From assembly GCA_026396415.1 (NCBI GenBank), contig JAPLWX010000050.1, forward strand, positions 15,783 to 79,782: a DNA stretch of 64,000 bases. The letters run 5' to 3'. Shown one piece after another: positions 46,525 to 57,676 of the stretch (the stretch's first letter is position 1; every line of letters starts with the position of its first letter). Under the pieces are notes generated by a model, which searched no databases, was not told the DNA's origin, and saw only the letters and a program-made list of their open reading frames with translations. The position numbers and the translations under genes were made by a program. The stretch is from Candidatus Micrarchaeota archaeon (lineage in GTDB: Archaea; Micrarchaeota; Micrarchaeia; Anstonellales; Anstonellaceae).

Positions 46525-47721
46525 TTATTTCTCGAATGCTTTCTCATCTGTCCTCAGCTTGAGCGCGAAAAATAGCGTGATTGCGCCGAGAACAAGGAAT
46601 GCGCCTTGCAGGGAAACATCTGCCACAAAGCCAACAATCGGGTAAAGAACAGCCACCACCACACGCTCGGATGCGCTGATTGCGGAAAGTACAGTTGCCC
46701 GCTCGCTGCTTTTTATCTGGAAATTCAGGTAATGCTCAAACACCGGCTGGCGGATGGTGCGCGCGCACACAGCAATGGTTACAGCAAGCATTGCAAACCA
46801 AAGGGAAATATTTGCCGCAAGCCCGAGATAGGCAAGCGCTATTGCAAGCGCGGAGAGGAAAAGCAACTGGCTTGTGCCCAGCCATTTTTCCAGCCTGGCA
46901 AGCTTGGCAAGCACCAGCATGCTGATAATGTTGAATGCCGCCGAGAAGATGCCGTAAAGCGACAGGTCAACATAGTTTGCCCTAAGCACGCTTTGGTAGA
47001 ACCAGAAAACAAAGAATGCGGCAGCCGACATGGAAACATAGTCAAAGGAAAGGCTTTGCAGCCGCTTGTTGCGCCGCAGCTCATCAAATCCTGCCATGGC
47101 CAGCGCAAACCCGCCTTTCTGGGGCTTTTCCCTTTTCGGCTCCACCATGGTGAGGCATGCGAGGAATGCAAGCCCGAACGCTGCGACAGTCATGAAAAAA
47201 GGCAGGGTGAGGCTGCCCGGATAGCTGCCCATGTTTGCAGCCACCCAGGAGCCTGCAGGAGCTGCAATCACAATGCCAGCCGTATCGGCTATCTTCATGT
47301 TTGCGAAAACCTTCTTCGCCCTCTTTTCCTGCCCTGCCTCAACAAGCGAATCAAAGACCAGTGCGCGGTCAGCCCCTGATATGAATGCGGCCGAAATCCC
47401 CCATATTATCTCTGTGGCAAAAAACACCCAGAAATCCGCGCCCAACGCCAAGAACAGCAGAATGCCCATGGTCTGGAGAAATATCCCGACAAGAATGGAA
47501 TTCTTCCTTCCATATTTGTCTGCAAAGACGCCGGTCGGCACTTCGGAAAGCACAATGGTGATGGAAAACGCGGCTTCCAGCGTGAAAATGGCGGCGTAAT
47601 CCAATTTTCCCCAATCCAGGAAGAACGGCACCACGATTGCCCCGAAAAAAGTGAGCCCCAGAAGAAAAGAAGTAATGTACACCTTTGGTATGTTGCCCAG
47701 CACATTGCGTTTTTCCGCCAT
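46525..47721 (-). CDS. MFS transporter
   Basis: Has 12 predicted TM helices. The sequence GVFADKYGRK is present in loop 2-3. Confidence 0.8.
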   Translation of the reverse strand: MAEKRNVLGNIPKVYITSFLLGLTFFGAIVVPFFLDWGKLDYAAIFTLEAAFSITIVLSEVPTGVFADKYGRKNSILVGIFLQTMGILLFLALGADFWVFFATEIIWGISAAFISGADRALVFDSLVEAGQEKRAKKVFANMKIADTAGIVIAAPAGSWVAANMGSYPGSLTLPFFMTVAAFGLAFLACLTMVEPKREKPQKGGFALAMAGFDELRRNKRLQSLSFDYVSMSAAAFFVFWFYQSVLRANYVDLSLYGIFSAAFNIISMLVLAKLARLEKWLGTSQLLFLSALAIALAYLGLAANISLWFAMLAVTIAVCARTIRQPVFEHYLNFQIKSSERATVLSAISASERVVVAVLYPIVGFVADVSLQGAFLVLGAITLFFALKLRTDEKAFEK

Positions 47722-47780
47722 GCTCCCGCCGCCCACATATCCCTGCCAACCTTTTTATACAGAGTCGCGCAAATCAATCC

Positions 47781-48644
47781 ATGTTTGAAATCACCGTGCT
47801 AGGCACATCATCCGCAATGCCCACGCCCGAGCGCAGTCTTTCCTGCATTGCGATGAGGCGCGACGGCGACATTTTCCTTTTCGACTGCGGGGAGGGCAGC
47901 CAGCGCCAGATGATGCGCTTCGGCGTGTCCTACATGAAGGTGCGCGCGATTTTCATATCGCACCTACACCTCGACCATTTCCTGGGCGTGTTCGGGCTTC
48001 TTGAAACGCTTCGCCTGAATGGCAGGAAGGAAAAGCTCACTATTTACGCGCCGCGCGGCGCAGAGGGCGTGTTCGGCAGGAAAGAGTTTCTCGAGGTAAA
48101 GGAAATAGACGGTAAATGGAGCGAGGACTTTGGAAGCTTCAACGTGAGTGCATTTGCCACCAAGCACGCAGGCACGAGCTTCGGCTTTGCTATTTCGGAA
48201 AAGGAAAAAGTGCGCTTCCACGAAGAGAAAGCAAAGGGAATGGGCTTGAAGGGGCCGATGTTCACGGAGATTCAGAAGAAGGGCTCGCTGAAAGTGGGCG
48301 GCAAGACAATCAAGCTCAAGGATGTCACCTACACCCAGCCCGGCAAGAAAATAGTGTACAGTGGCGACTCCGCTCCCTGCGCAACACTTTCGCGCGCGGC
48401 AAAAGGAGCAGACCTTCTCATACATGAAAGCACATTCGGCTCGGATAAAGTTGCCGAGGCAAAGGAGACGCAGCACTCCATGGCAACAGATGCCGCCACC
48501 TGCGCGAAAAAGGCAGGGGCGAAGCGCCTCATCCTCACGCACTTTTCCGGAAGGTATGCGGACACTTCTCAGCTTGTCTCAGAGGCGAAAAAGATATTCC
48601 CGAACGTGGAAGCGGCGAAAGATGGGATGAAAATCGTTGTGTGA
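47781..48644 (+). CDS. rnz: ribonuclease Z (tRNA 3' endonuclease)
   Basis: The sequences MFEITVLGTSSAMPT...FLFDCGEGSQRQ...ISHLHLDHFLG and the C-terminal LILTHFSGRY are conserved RNase Z / MBL motifs. Confidence 0.85.
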   Translation: MFEITVLGTSSAMPTPERSLSCIAMRRDGDIFLFDCGEGSQRQMMRFGVSYMKVRAIFISHLHLDHFLGVFGLLETLRLNGRKEKLTIYAPRGAEGVFGRKEFLEVKEIDGKWSEDFGSFNVSAFATKHAGTSFGFAISEKEKVRFHEEKAKGMGLKGPMFTEIQKKGSLKVGGKTIKLKDVTYTQPGKKIVYSGDSAPCATLSRAAKGADLLIHESTFGSDKVAEAKETQHSMATDAATCAKKAGAKRLILTHFSGRYADTSQLVSEAKKIFPNVEAAKDGMKIVV

Positions 48645-48707
48645 GCACGGGCTGCTCCACACGCTCATTATTATTACCTTTCCGCCCAAAATCCGTTCGG
48701 TGTTTTT

Positions 48708-50003
48708 GTGGGATATCGCACTCATTACATATCCGAGGCAAAGAAGCTCATCGGCAGCGAAGTCACTCTTGCAGGCTGGGTGCACGAGGTGCGCGACTTA
48801 GGCAAGCTCAAGTTCGTGCAGCTGCGCGACCAGACAGGCATAATACAGGTCACTGCAAAGCTTGGGCGCGAGCCAGATTCTGCGCTTGCCGCCATGAGCC
48901 AGCCCAAGGAAACCGTGGTGATGGTGAGAGGAAAGGTGGCGGAAAGCAAAATGGCGGAATCGGGCTGCGAGTTCATCCCATCCGAGTTTATAGTGCTTAA
49001 CGAATTGTCCGCAAAAGTCCCATTCGAGGTGACAGGCAAGGTGCCTGCCGAGCTTGATGTGCGGCTTGACAACCGCTCGGTTGACCTGAGAACGGCAAAA
49101 ACAGCCGCAATATTCCGCATACGCTCGGTCATTGCCAGCGCCTTCCGCGAAAAGGCGCTGCAGCTTGGCTGCACTGAGATACAAACCCCTTGCATAGTAG
49201 AAGCGGCAACCGAGGGCGGGGCAGACTTGTTCAAGGTGCAGTATTTCGAGAAGGAAGCATATCTTGTCCAGTCGCCCCAGCTTTACAAGCAGCTTTGCGT
49301 GATTGGCGGCATGGACCGCGTTTTCATGACAGTGCCGGTTTTCCGCGCGGAAAAGCACAACACGCTCACGCACCTGAATGAAGCAACGCAGATGGATATC
49401 GAGGCGGCTTTCATCACACCTGAGGAGGCAGTGGACATGCTGGAAGCGGCAACGCTCCACTGCCTGTCGCGCGTAAAAGAGAAGTGCGCAGCAGAGCTTG
49501 CCATTCTGGGCAGGGACCTGCAGGTGCCTTCCAAAATCCCCCGCCATACCTACACCGAATTGGTGGAAAAGCTCAATGCCGCAGGCGAGAAATTCGAGTG
49601 GGGCGAAGACTTTTCGCGCGAGACCGAGGCAAAGCTAGTTGAAGTGCTGGGCTATGCAACGTATTTCATAACAAAGTGGCCCACTGCAATACGCGCATTC
49701 TACTCCATGCCCTGTGAGGACGACCCGAAGATTTGCAATGCATACGACCTGAACTACGAGGGGCTTGAAATCTCCTCGGGCGCAGAGCGCGTTCACAAGC
49801 CTGATGTTCTCATTAATCAGCTCAAGAGCCGCGGGCTCAACCCCGAAGACTTTTCGTTCTATGTCAACGCCTTCCGCGTGGGCGCGCCTCCGCATTGCGG
49901 CTGGTCCATTGGGCTTGACAGGCTGACAATGAAAGTGTGCGGCTTGCACAACATCCGCGAGGCGGTGCTCTTCCCGCGCGACCGCGTGCGCGTCAAGCCG
50001 TAG
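48708..50003 (+). CDS. aspS: aspartate--tRNA ligase, archaeal type
   Basis: The OB-fold N-terminus reads VTLAGWVHEVRDLGKLKFVQLRD. Class II motifs FRAE, GLEISSGAERVH and GAPPHCGWSIGLDRL are present. Confidence 0.9.
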   Translation: MGYRTHYISEAKKLIGSEVTLAGWVHEVRDLGKLKFVQLRDQTGIIQVTAKLGREPDSALAAMSQPKETVVMVRGKVAESKMAESGCEFIPSEFIVLNELSAKVPFEVTGKVPAELDVRLDNRSVDLRTAKTAAIFRIRSVIASAFREKALQLGCTEIQTPCIVEAATEGGADLFKVQYFEKEAYLVQSPQLYKQLCVIGGMDRVFMTVPVFRAEKHNTLTHLNEATQMDIEAAFITPEEAVDMLEAATLHCLSRVKEKCAAELAILGRDLQVPSKIPRHTYTELVEKLNAAGEKFEWGEDFSRETEAKLVEVLGYATYFITKWPTAIRAFYSMPCEDDPKICNAYDLNYEGLEISSGAERVHKPDVLINQLKSRGLNPEDFSFYVNAFRVGAPPHCGWSIGLDRLTMKVCGLHNIREAVLFPRDRVRVKP

Positions 50004-50063
50004 ATAATACATACAAATCCACAAATATAAACATTTATAACCCCTTCGCCACATATCTTCAGT

Positions 50064-51107
50064 ATGTCTATTCGAAGTGCTGCGAAAAAAGCCGTGCTCT
50101 ACACTCTAATCGGGGCAATGGGGCTCACCGCCCTCTCAACAATTCCCCTGGCTGAAACCATTCTTAATAGAAAGACTGAGAAGCAGACTGAACTGCAGGT
50201 TGCAAAAGCGAAAGAAGGCAGCGGGATTGGGAAAGAATTGGGGAATCACGAGAAAGGGCTGATTTTCTGGGGCAAAATGCATGGGCTTGGGCAAAACTGC
50301 ATCAAGCGCTCACATGCGGAGGGGAATCTGGACAGCGACGTTGCACAGGCAACTGCTGAGCTGGAGAACGATACTCTTAGGGCGAATCTTAGGGCGGCGA
50401 TACTGTTGTTGAAAGGCACAAAATGCAGCCTGCTGGATAACAACCAAAGCTGGTTCGATGCAGTTTCACGCGGAACCGCCAAGTTCAAGGTTTATTCTGA
50501 TTGGGCAGATAGCGGCGGATATTCCAACTGCGACACAACATTTCTTTCAAAAAACATCCTGCGCTCCAATCCAGCCTATATCGCAGCAGCCATAGTCCAT
50601 GAAAACGGGCACGCCATTTCAACGTCGGAAGAAAGCTCATCATTCTCCATCAACTTAATCAGAATCATTAAAAAAATAATCGACTGGGAATCGGCAGCTG
50701 TTTTATACCTGCTACAAAAGCCTGTTTTGCCCATAATGCAGACTAACCCTGAGCAATGGATAAGTGGCAGTTTTTTTGGCTGGCAAAGTGCTTCAGAGAA
50801 GACTGCAAATTATTATGCCATCCGATTCATGAGCGATGCAAAGCAAGGCGACCTTCTGGCTGCCAGCGAAGGCATTTTGGCAAGAAAGAAGCTCCTCAAC
50901 TATACTTACGGTTTGGAATTGCAAGATGCGAATTATGAAAAAATTGCATCAGGCGTGGCTGGCGTTTTCTGGGGCGGTGCTCTCCTGCTTCACGCGCTGG
51001 CCGCAGGCGCGCTTCTGTCACTCGGCAGGTTTTTCTCAAAGCTTGCTGGCGCAGCGGTCAAAGGGCTTCGAAACGAAAACCCGCAGCTGCCGGCGTCACC
51101 TATTTAA
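50064..51107 (+). CDS. HExxH-motif protein with N-terminal signal anchor; putative secreted zinc metallopeptidase
   Basis: The sequence IVHENGHAIS is an HExxH motif. The N-terminal TM reads LYTLIGAMGLTALSTI. GC is lower than neighbours. Confidence 0.4.
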   Translation: MSIRSAAKKAVLYTLIGAMGLTALSTIPLAETILNRKTEKQTELQVAKAKEGSGIGKELGNHEKGLIFWGKMHGLGQNCIKRSHAEGNLDSDVAQATAELENDTLRANLRAAILLLKGTKCSLLDNNQSWFDAVSRGTAKFKVYSDWADSGGYSNCDTTFLSKNILRSNPAYIAAAIVHENGHAISTSEESSSFSINLIRIIKKIIDWESAAVLYLLQKPVLPIMQTNPEQWISGSFFGWQSASEKTANYYAIRFMSDAKQGDLLAASEGILARKKLLNYTYGLELQDANYEKIASGVAGVFWGGALLLHALAAGALLSLGRFFSKLAGAAVKGLRNENPQLPASPI

Positions 51108-51380
51108 ACCTTTCTCCTTATACTAGAGCCTGCGAGTTTTGTCCCCTGGCGATGCGGGGACGAGTCACGTTTGCTGATGCCACGGTGGCATACCGGAACT
51201 GAATTGACCTTAGATTCGGTCATCTCGCGCGCAGGCACGCCGAACAAATGGAAACGCGATCCTTTCGCGTTCGACGCACGCTTCAGGCAACTACAAGGAA
51301 AGAGCGATTAGAGTGCTAAACCGCTGATCATTAAGATCAGCCAATGAATGCGGAAAAAATAAGGATTAAGTCTTCTATGA

Positions 51381-52948
<1,568 letters not shown>

Positions 52949-53278
52949 ATATAATCAATGATTGGATGTCTATCCTGACGATTCGTCGTCGGAATGGAAT
53001 AACAGTGTTGATTGGAGAACCTTAGAGGAATTAGTGTCGCAAGGTGTAGGCTTTTGTCTCTCTTTCCCAGTTAAGACCTGAAGCGCGCAATTTTATTTTT
53101 TGTTGCCCTTAGCGGAAGCCCTGCGCGGCTCCGCAATATAATTTCCCTTAGCGCGAGCCCGAGCGTCCATGCCCGTCCAATAGCCACCGGTTACCATTAT
53201 TAACCTTCATAATCCAAGCGGGGGCTCCCCAGCCATAAGGAGCATCTTGGCGCGTGTGCATTCTTTTTTATTTGCCAT

Positions 53279-54289
53279 TCAACGCGCCTTCTTTTCCAGG
53301 AAGAACCTGAAGGGATTTGGCGAGTACTCGCGGTAGACAATGAGCGTTTCGTATTCCAAGATGACATCCGAGAATTTCTCCTTTATCTGGGAAAGCAATT
53401 CATGGAACTCCACCGAGCTTTTCGCGTCAATGCCGAACTGCGCGTCCCACGCGCCCACCATGGAGGAGACGAAGAAGCACGGCTCAAACGAGCCTAGGAA
53501 GGCAAGGAAGCGCGCAATTCCCTCGGGATTCTGCTGGAAGCGCACGAACACCTGGTTGTGCCTGTAGCCTATCTTTTCGCGGCTGAAGTTGGACTTTATA
53601 TTGATTATCGCGCCGTCAGCCATCAGGTGCCGAAGCCTGTACTGCACTGCATCTGGCGAGAGACTGGTGCGCCTTGCGATTTCCACTGTGGGCAGCCTTG
53701 CATTCTCGATAAGCTCAGCAAGTATCCTCAAGTCCTTGCTGTCATGCTTCACTACGCGCGCCTCTTTGGGCACCTCGTGCTTCGGGGTCTTTTCTGGCGC
53801 AGAGGCGCCCAGCCCGTAGGTGGAGGGCCACCATGTGTGCCTCAGCTGCACAGTTACCTCTTTTTGCCGTATGAACTTGCCGTACTTTTCCAAAAAAGCG
53901 CCCATCATCCCGTTAAACTCAAAGATGTTGCGAGCAGAAATCCTTGCAATCAGGTCCCACCTTCCGTCGCATACTCCCAGCCACTGGCAGGGCATGCTGC
54001 CCCTCACATAAGTGATTATCTCCTCTTCCTGTGCCGAGGTGGTGGCGCGGAATTGCAGGTATATCCTGTATGTTGTGAAGCCCAGCCTTTCGAAATTCGG
54101 TATTGCGAAAAATTTTTCAATGAGCCCGGAGGACAGGTATTTCTTTATCCTGTAGTTGACCACCTGCTCTGAAATGCGCGCCTTCTTTGCGATGACCGAG
54201 GCGCTCTGGCGCGCGTTTGTTTCCAGCTCCACCAGTATTTTCCCATCAACTTTATCGAGTTTAAATGACAATATGGCACTCATATTCAT
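53279..54289 (-). CDS. tandem (fused) Lrp/AsnC-family transcriptional regulator, two HTH-RAM modules
   Basis: The N-terminal module reads KLDKVDGKILVELETNARQSASVIAKKARISEQVVNYRIKKY. The second module reads HDSKDLRILAELIENARLPTVEIARRTSLSPDAVQYRLRHL. 336 aa. Confidence 0.7.
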   Translation of the reverse strand: MNMSAILSFKLDKVDGKILVELETNARQSASVIAKKARISEQVVNYRIKKYLSSGLIEKFFAIPNFERLGFTTYRIYLQFRATTSAQEEEIITYVRGSMPCQWLGVCDGRWDLIARISARNIFEFNGMMGAFLEKYGKFIRQKEVTVQLRHTWWPSTYGLGASAPEKTPKHEVPKEARVVKHDSKDLRILAELIENARLPTVEIARRTSLSPDAVQYRLRHLMADGAIINIKSNFSREKIGYRHNQVFVRFQQNPEGIARFLAFLGSFEPCFFVSSMVGAWDAQFGIDAKSSVEFHELLSQIKEKFSDVILEYETLIVYREYSPNPFRFFLEKKAR

Positions 54290-54436
54290 TATTTCACTAT
54301 AAAAATAAATAAAGATTGCGTTTTTTCATGAAAAAGTTGCCTAAAGTTATATATAAAGCATTGTGCTTAATGGTAGCATGTGGATTTGCATGGTTAAGCA
54401 TGAAACAGCTGAAAATGCGGCATTGGAGGTGGAAAA

Positions 54437-54874
54437 ATGAAGTCAGGCATCAGGACAATCTCGCTTCGCACCGGAGAAGGGACAACCATAACCAACATAA
54501 CCGGCAAAATAGCATGTATTTTGGATGAATCGGGGGTGAAGCAGGGGCAGCTGGCAGTTTACACCCGCCACACCACCACGGGCATAGTCATAAACGAATG
54601 CGAAGAGCGCCTGATTGGGGATTTTGTTTCCCATCTTGAGCGCATTGCCCCGAAAAGCCTGCACTACATGCATGACGACCTGCACCTGCGCATCTGCCCC
54701 CAGGAGGAGAGGAAGAACGGGCATTCCCACATGAAGGCACTGTTCGTCCCGTCCAGCCAGGCAATACCTGTGAATGACGGCAGAATGCTTTTGGGAAAGT
54801 GGCAGTCAGTGCTTTTCATAGATTTTGACGGGGCGCGGGAAAGGGAAATCGTGGTGCAGTGGATTGGTGATTGA
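54437..54874 (+). CDS. yjbQ: YjbQ/UPF0047 family (secondary thiamine-phosphate synthase-like)
   Basis: The sequence TGKIACILDESGVKQGQLAVYTRHTTTGIVINE...MKALFVPSSQAIPVNDGRMLLGKWQSV is typical of YjbQ. Confidence 0.75.
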   Translation: MKSGIRTISLRTGEGTTITNITGKIACILDESGVKQGQLAVYTRHTTTGIVINECEERLIGDFVSHLERIAPKSLHYMHDDLHLRICPQEERKNGHSHMKALFVPSSQAIPVNDGRMLLGKWQSVLFIDFDGAREREIVVQWIGD

Positions 54875-54875
54875 C

Positions 54876-55232
54876 ATGAAAATGGGCAACATAAGCGAGC
54901 TGGAGATGTCCGAGAGGTTCACATACCTGAAAAACATCCCGTTTGACAGTGCGGCTCTGCGCTCAGATGGCGCAAAGTTCCAGGTGGTTACCTTCCTACC
55001 GGGGGGCAGCGTGAGGCCGCACCACCACGAGAAGACATGCGAAATATTCTTTGTATATGGCGGGAGCGGCGAAATTTCAATGAACGGCAAGCCCCATGCC
55101 TGCGCGCGCGGGGACTTCTTCCTTTGCGAGCCAGGCGATATCCACTCATTCAAGAACACCGGCAAGGAGGATTTTGTGATACTGATCTTCAAGACAAACG
55201 AAGCTGAAAACGATATTTTCTGGGACGGGTGA
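54876..55232 (+). CDS. cupin domain protein
   Basis: The sequence VTFLPGGSVRPHHHEKTCEIFFVYGGSG...GDFFLCEPGDIHSFKN carries the cupin two-motif His/Glu pattern. The ATG lies 2 nt after the yjbQ stop. Confidence 0.6.
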   Translation: MKMGNISELEMSERFTYLKNIPFDSAALRSDGAKFQVVTFLPGGSVRPHHHEKTCEIFFVYGGSGEISMNGKPHACARGDFFLCEPGDIHSFKNTGKEDFVILIFKTNEAENDIFWDG

Positions 55233-56152
55233 ATATTCAGGTTCGTATGCTTAGCGGCAGCAGGGTAGTTTGCATGATTAAAAATAAAACAGCCGCATCG
55301 GTCAACCAGAACGCGCAGTGGCTTCTGGGCAAGGAAATTGCCGTGGGGCAAAAAAGCAGGCGTGAGCCCCTGATTAGCGTTCTTAGAAAAAGTTCGCTCT
55401 CAGATGGAATTGCGCTTGAAGCAATCAAATACGTTGTTGCAAGCATGGGCGCAACAGACTCAGCTCTTGCCAAGGACCTGCTTGCGCTCATGAACCGCCT
55501 TGCAAAGTCTGGGGAAGGATTGAAAGCAATCGAGCAAGGCTGCAAGGCACTACTTTCTTCCAGGGTGGCTTGCCTGCAAGAGGGCAGGAAAAATGCCCTG
55601 TCAGCCCGCTCGGATCTTATTTTCAGCCAAACCGCTTCCTATTTGGCTGGAAAGTCAGTGCTTGATTTAGGCTCTGGCGACGGGCAGGTCGGCTGGCGGC
55701 TTAAGCAGGAAGGCTATGCAGTCACGCTTTGCGATGTCATGGATTTCAACACAGCTCCCATGTCTCTTGTCAAATACAATGGAAAAACCCTGCCTTTCGA
55801 GAGCAAAAACTTCGACACCACTCTTTTGCTTACTGTCCTTCATCATTCAGAGAACCCGCTTGCTGTGCTGCGTGAGGCAATGCGCGTGACAAAAGAGCGT
55901 ATCATTGTGATTGAAAGCATATGCTTCAACCAGGAGCACAGGCGGTTAAATATGCTCATTGACTGGTTCTACAACCGCGTGGTGCACACGGGCGTGTTCT
56001 GCCCGTTCAATTTCCAGACGCCTTGGGGGTGGGAAAAGACATTTGCCAAAAATAGGCTTAGGCTGGCGCCAATCACCAACTCCGATCTTGGCATAGACCA
56101 GCAAGTGGTGCCAGAATACCACTGGCTTTATGCGCTTGAGGTGCCGAAATGA
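55229..56152 (+). CDS. class I SAM-dependent methyltransferase with N-terminal extension
   Basis: Motif I is VLDLGSGDGQVG. The acidic loop CDVMDF and motif post-II LLLTVLHH are present. Confidence 0.55.
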   Translation: MNIQVRMLSGSRVVCMIKNKTAASVNQNAQWLLGKEIAVGQKSRREPLISVLRKSSLSDGIALEAIKYVVASMGATDSALAKDLLALMNRLAKSGEGLKAIEQGCKALLSSRVACLQEGRKNALSARSDLIFSQTASYLAGKSVLDLGSGDGQVGWRLKQEGYAVTLCDVMDFNTAPMSLVKYNGKTLPFESKNFDTTLLLTVLHHSENPLAVLREAMRVTKERIIVIESICFNQEHRRLNMLIDWFYNRVVHTGVFCPFNFQTPWGWEKTFAKNRLRLAPITNSDLGIDQQVVPEYHWLYALEVPK

Positions 56153-56157
56153 AAATC

Positions 56158-56190
56158 ATTTGCAAAAAAGCGCGCCATGCGCTTTTTTAT
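56158..56190 (+). terminator. inverted repeat aaaaaagcgcg...cgctttttt followed by a T-run; terminator-like hairpin after the methyltransferase gene
   Basis: Seen directly, just 3' of the 56152 stop. Confidence 0.3.
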
Positions 56191-56213
56191 TCCCTCCCTT
56201 CCCCTACTTTCCC

Positions 56214-56714
56214 ATGAAATTCACCATGTCGCCCTCGCGCGCCTACCTCCTTGGCCTATGGAAGGGCCGCAGGACTGCAAGCGGGGTGGGCGTGGAGGGC
56301 AGGCGCGAGCTTCTTGAGATATTCATCAAGCTCTGCCTTGACGAGAAATTCGCGCAGCCCGACAAGATAAAATTCTCGGAAGGAAACGCGGAGGAATACG
56401 GCAGCTGTTATTTCTTCCACTCCGCGCTTCGCGCGTGGCTGGATTCCGAGATGAAAAAACGCGAGGAGAGGCTGCGCTTCAAGAACGAGTTTGCGGCAAG
56501 CTACTTTGCAGGCGTATTCGACGCGCGCGGCGGCACCATGCAGGTTAAGGGCAAGGAGTACTGCTATTTCCTTGGCGATGACGTTGATGAAATGGTGCTT
56601 TTGCGCCTGGGCTTCCGCGCGAAGAAGGAAGGGAACAGGATAGCAGTGCTCTCAAGCGACTTCTACGGATGGCTGCACCCGCACCTGAAGATGGACAGGA
56701 GCAAAAAATTCTAG
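56214..56714 (+). CDS. 166-aa protein with two LAGLIDADG-like motifs (first degenerate); putative homing-endonuclease-derived protein
   Basis: The first motif is SRAYLLGLWKGRRTAS at residues 8-23. The second, AASYFAGVFDARGGT, lies about 95 residues later. Spacing and N-terminal position match single-chain LAGLIDADG proteins. Confidence 0.3.
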   Translation: MKFTMSPSRAYLLGLWKGRRTASGVGVEGRRELLEIFIKLCLDEKFAQPDKIKFSEGNAEEYGSCYFFHSALRAWLDSEMKKREERLRFKNEFAASYFAGVFDARGGTMQVKGKEYCYFLGDDVDEMVLLRLGFRAKKEGNRIAVLSSDFYGWLHPHLKMDRSKKF

Positions 56715-56816
56715 CGCCTGGCCCGTCTCACTTCCACGTTTGCCTACTGACTGTCCATTTAATAAACTTTAATCGATAGAAAAACAACCGCGGGCATAAG
56801 CCTGCGGGGGAAGAAC

Positions 56817-57596
56817 ATGTTCTTGTTCCAGACGAATAATAAAAGTGGTAAAGAAGTGGTTCTAATCAGCCCGCAGCTTGAAAAGCAAATGCTAAACAAC
56901 GCAGTGACGCTTAAAGATACGGAAATCAACGAAAAACTGGCAGTCTATCTGCAGGGCGAGAAATTTCCGTCTGTCAAACAATCGCTGATAAAGGAGTCCG
57001 TGCACCGCGCTTATTATTCTTATTATGACGTGGAACTGTCTAAGCTGCCTTCGAAGGGATCGGCATTTGTCCGTGAGCTGACCGAGTGGGAAAAGAACAC
57101 GATGGACCCGCAGACCAAGCTAAACACGATAAAGACCATCAAAAAAGAGAGCCCCGTGGTTGTTTTCTATTCCGGCACTTCGGTAGTGGATATTGGCAAT
57201 TTTGCCCATCCTGACTGGTTGAAGAATTCCTCCCCGCAAAACAGCCCAATCAACCACACTGATGCCAAAGCCACATATTTTTGCCTTGAAAATACGTGCG
57301 GCGCAAGCGTAAATCATGTACGTGCCCTGGGCAATTTGGTCGGCATTGAGAATTTGGAAGGGGTCAATGTCAAACTGACACTGAAAAACGGGAAAACAAT
57401 CGAGGGCGAGTGCGGAACGATGGAAGGCGGGCCAAACAACAAGCAGCTCCTCCTTAAGGTAAAAACCGCGAAGGGGACTGAAAAGGTGCCTGACAGCGAG
57501 ATAGTCATCATTTTCTACCACTCGAAAAACCTTGACAGGGATGTAACCGTCAAAACCACGAATTATGAGGAAAAAATACCCCTGCCCAAGAATTAG
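56817..57596 (+). CDS. hypothetical protein (259 aa), lower GC
   Basis: Long ORF with no recognisable motif. Confidence 0.3.
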   Translation: MFLFQTNNKSGKEVVLISPQLEKQMLNNAVTLKDTEINEKLAVYLQGEKFPSVKQSLIKESVHRAYYSYYDVELSKLPSKGSAFVRELTEWEKNTMDPQTKLNTIKTIKKESPVVVFYSGTSVVDIGNFAHPDWLKNSSPQNSPINHTDAKATYFCLENTCGASVNHVRALGNLVGIENLEGVNVKLTLKNGKTIEGECGTMEGGPNNKQLLLKVKTAKGTEKVPDSEIVIIFYHSKNLDRDVTVKTTNYEEKIPLPKN

Positions 57597-57676
57597 CGGA
57601 GTGCCGCAGTTTTTTTCATCTTTTTTTCCTTTGCCTACTTTTATAAGAAGTCAGCCGGTTCGCCCTCGCGCGTATC

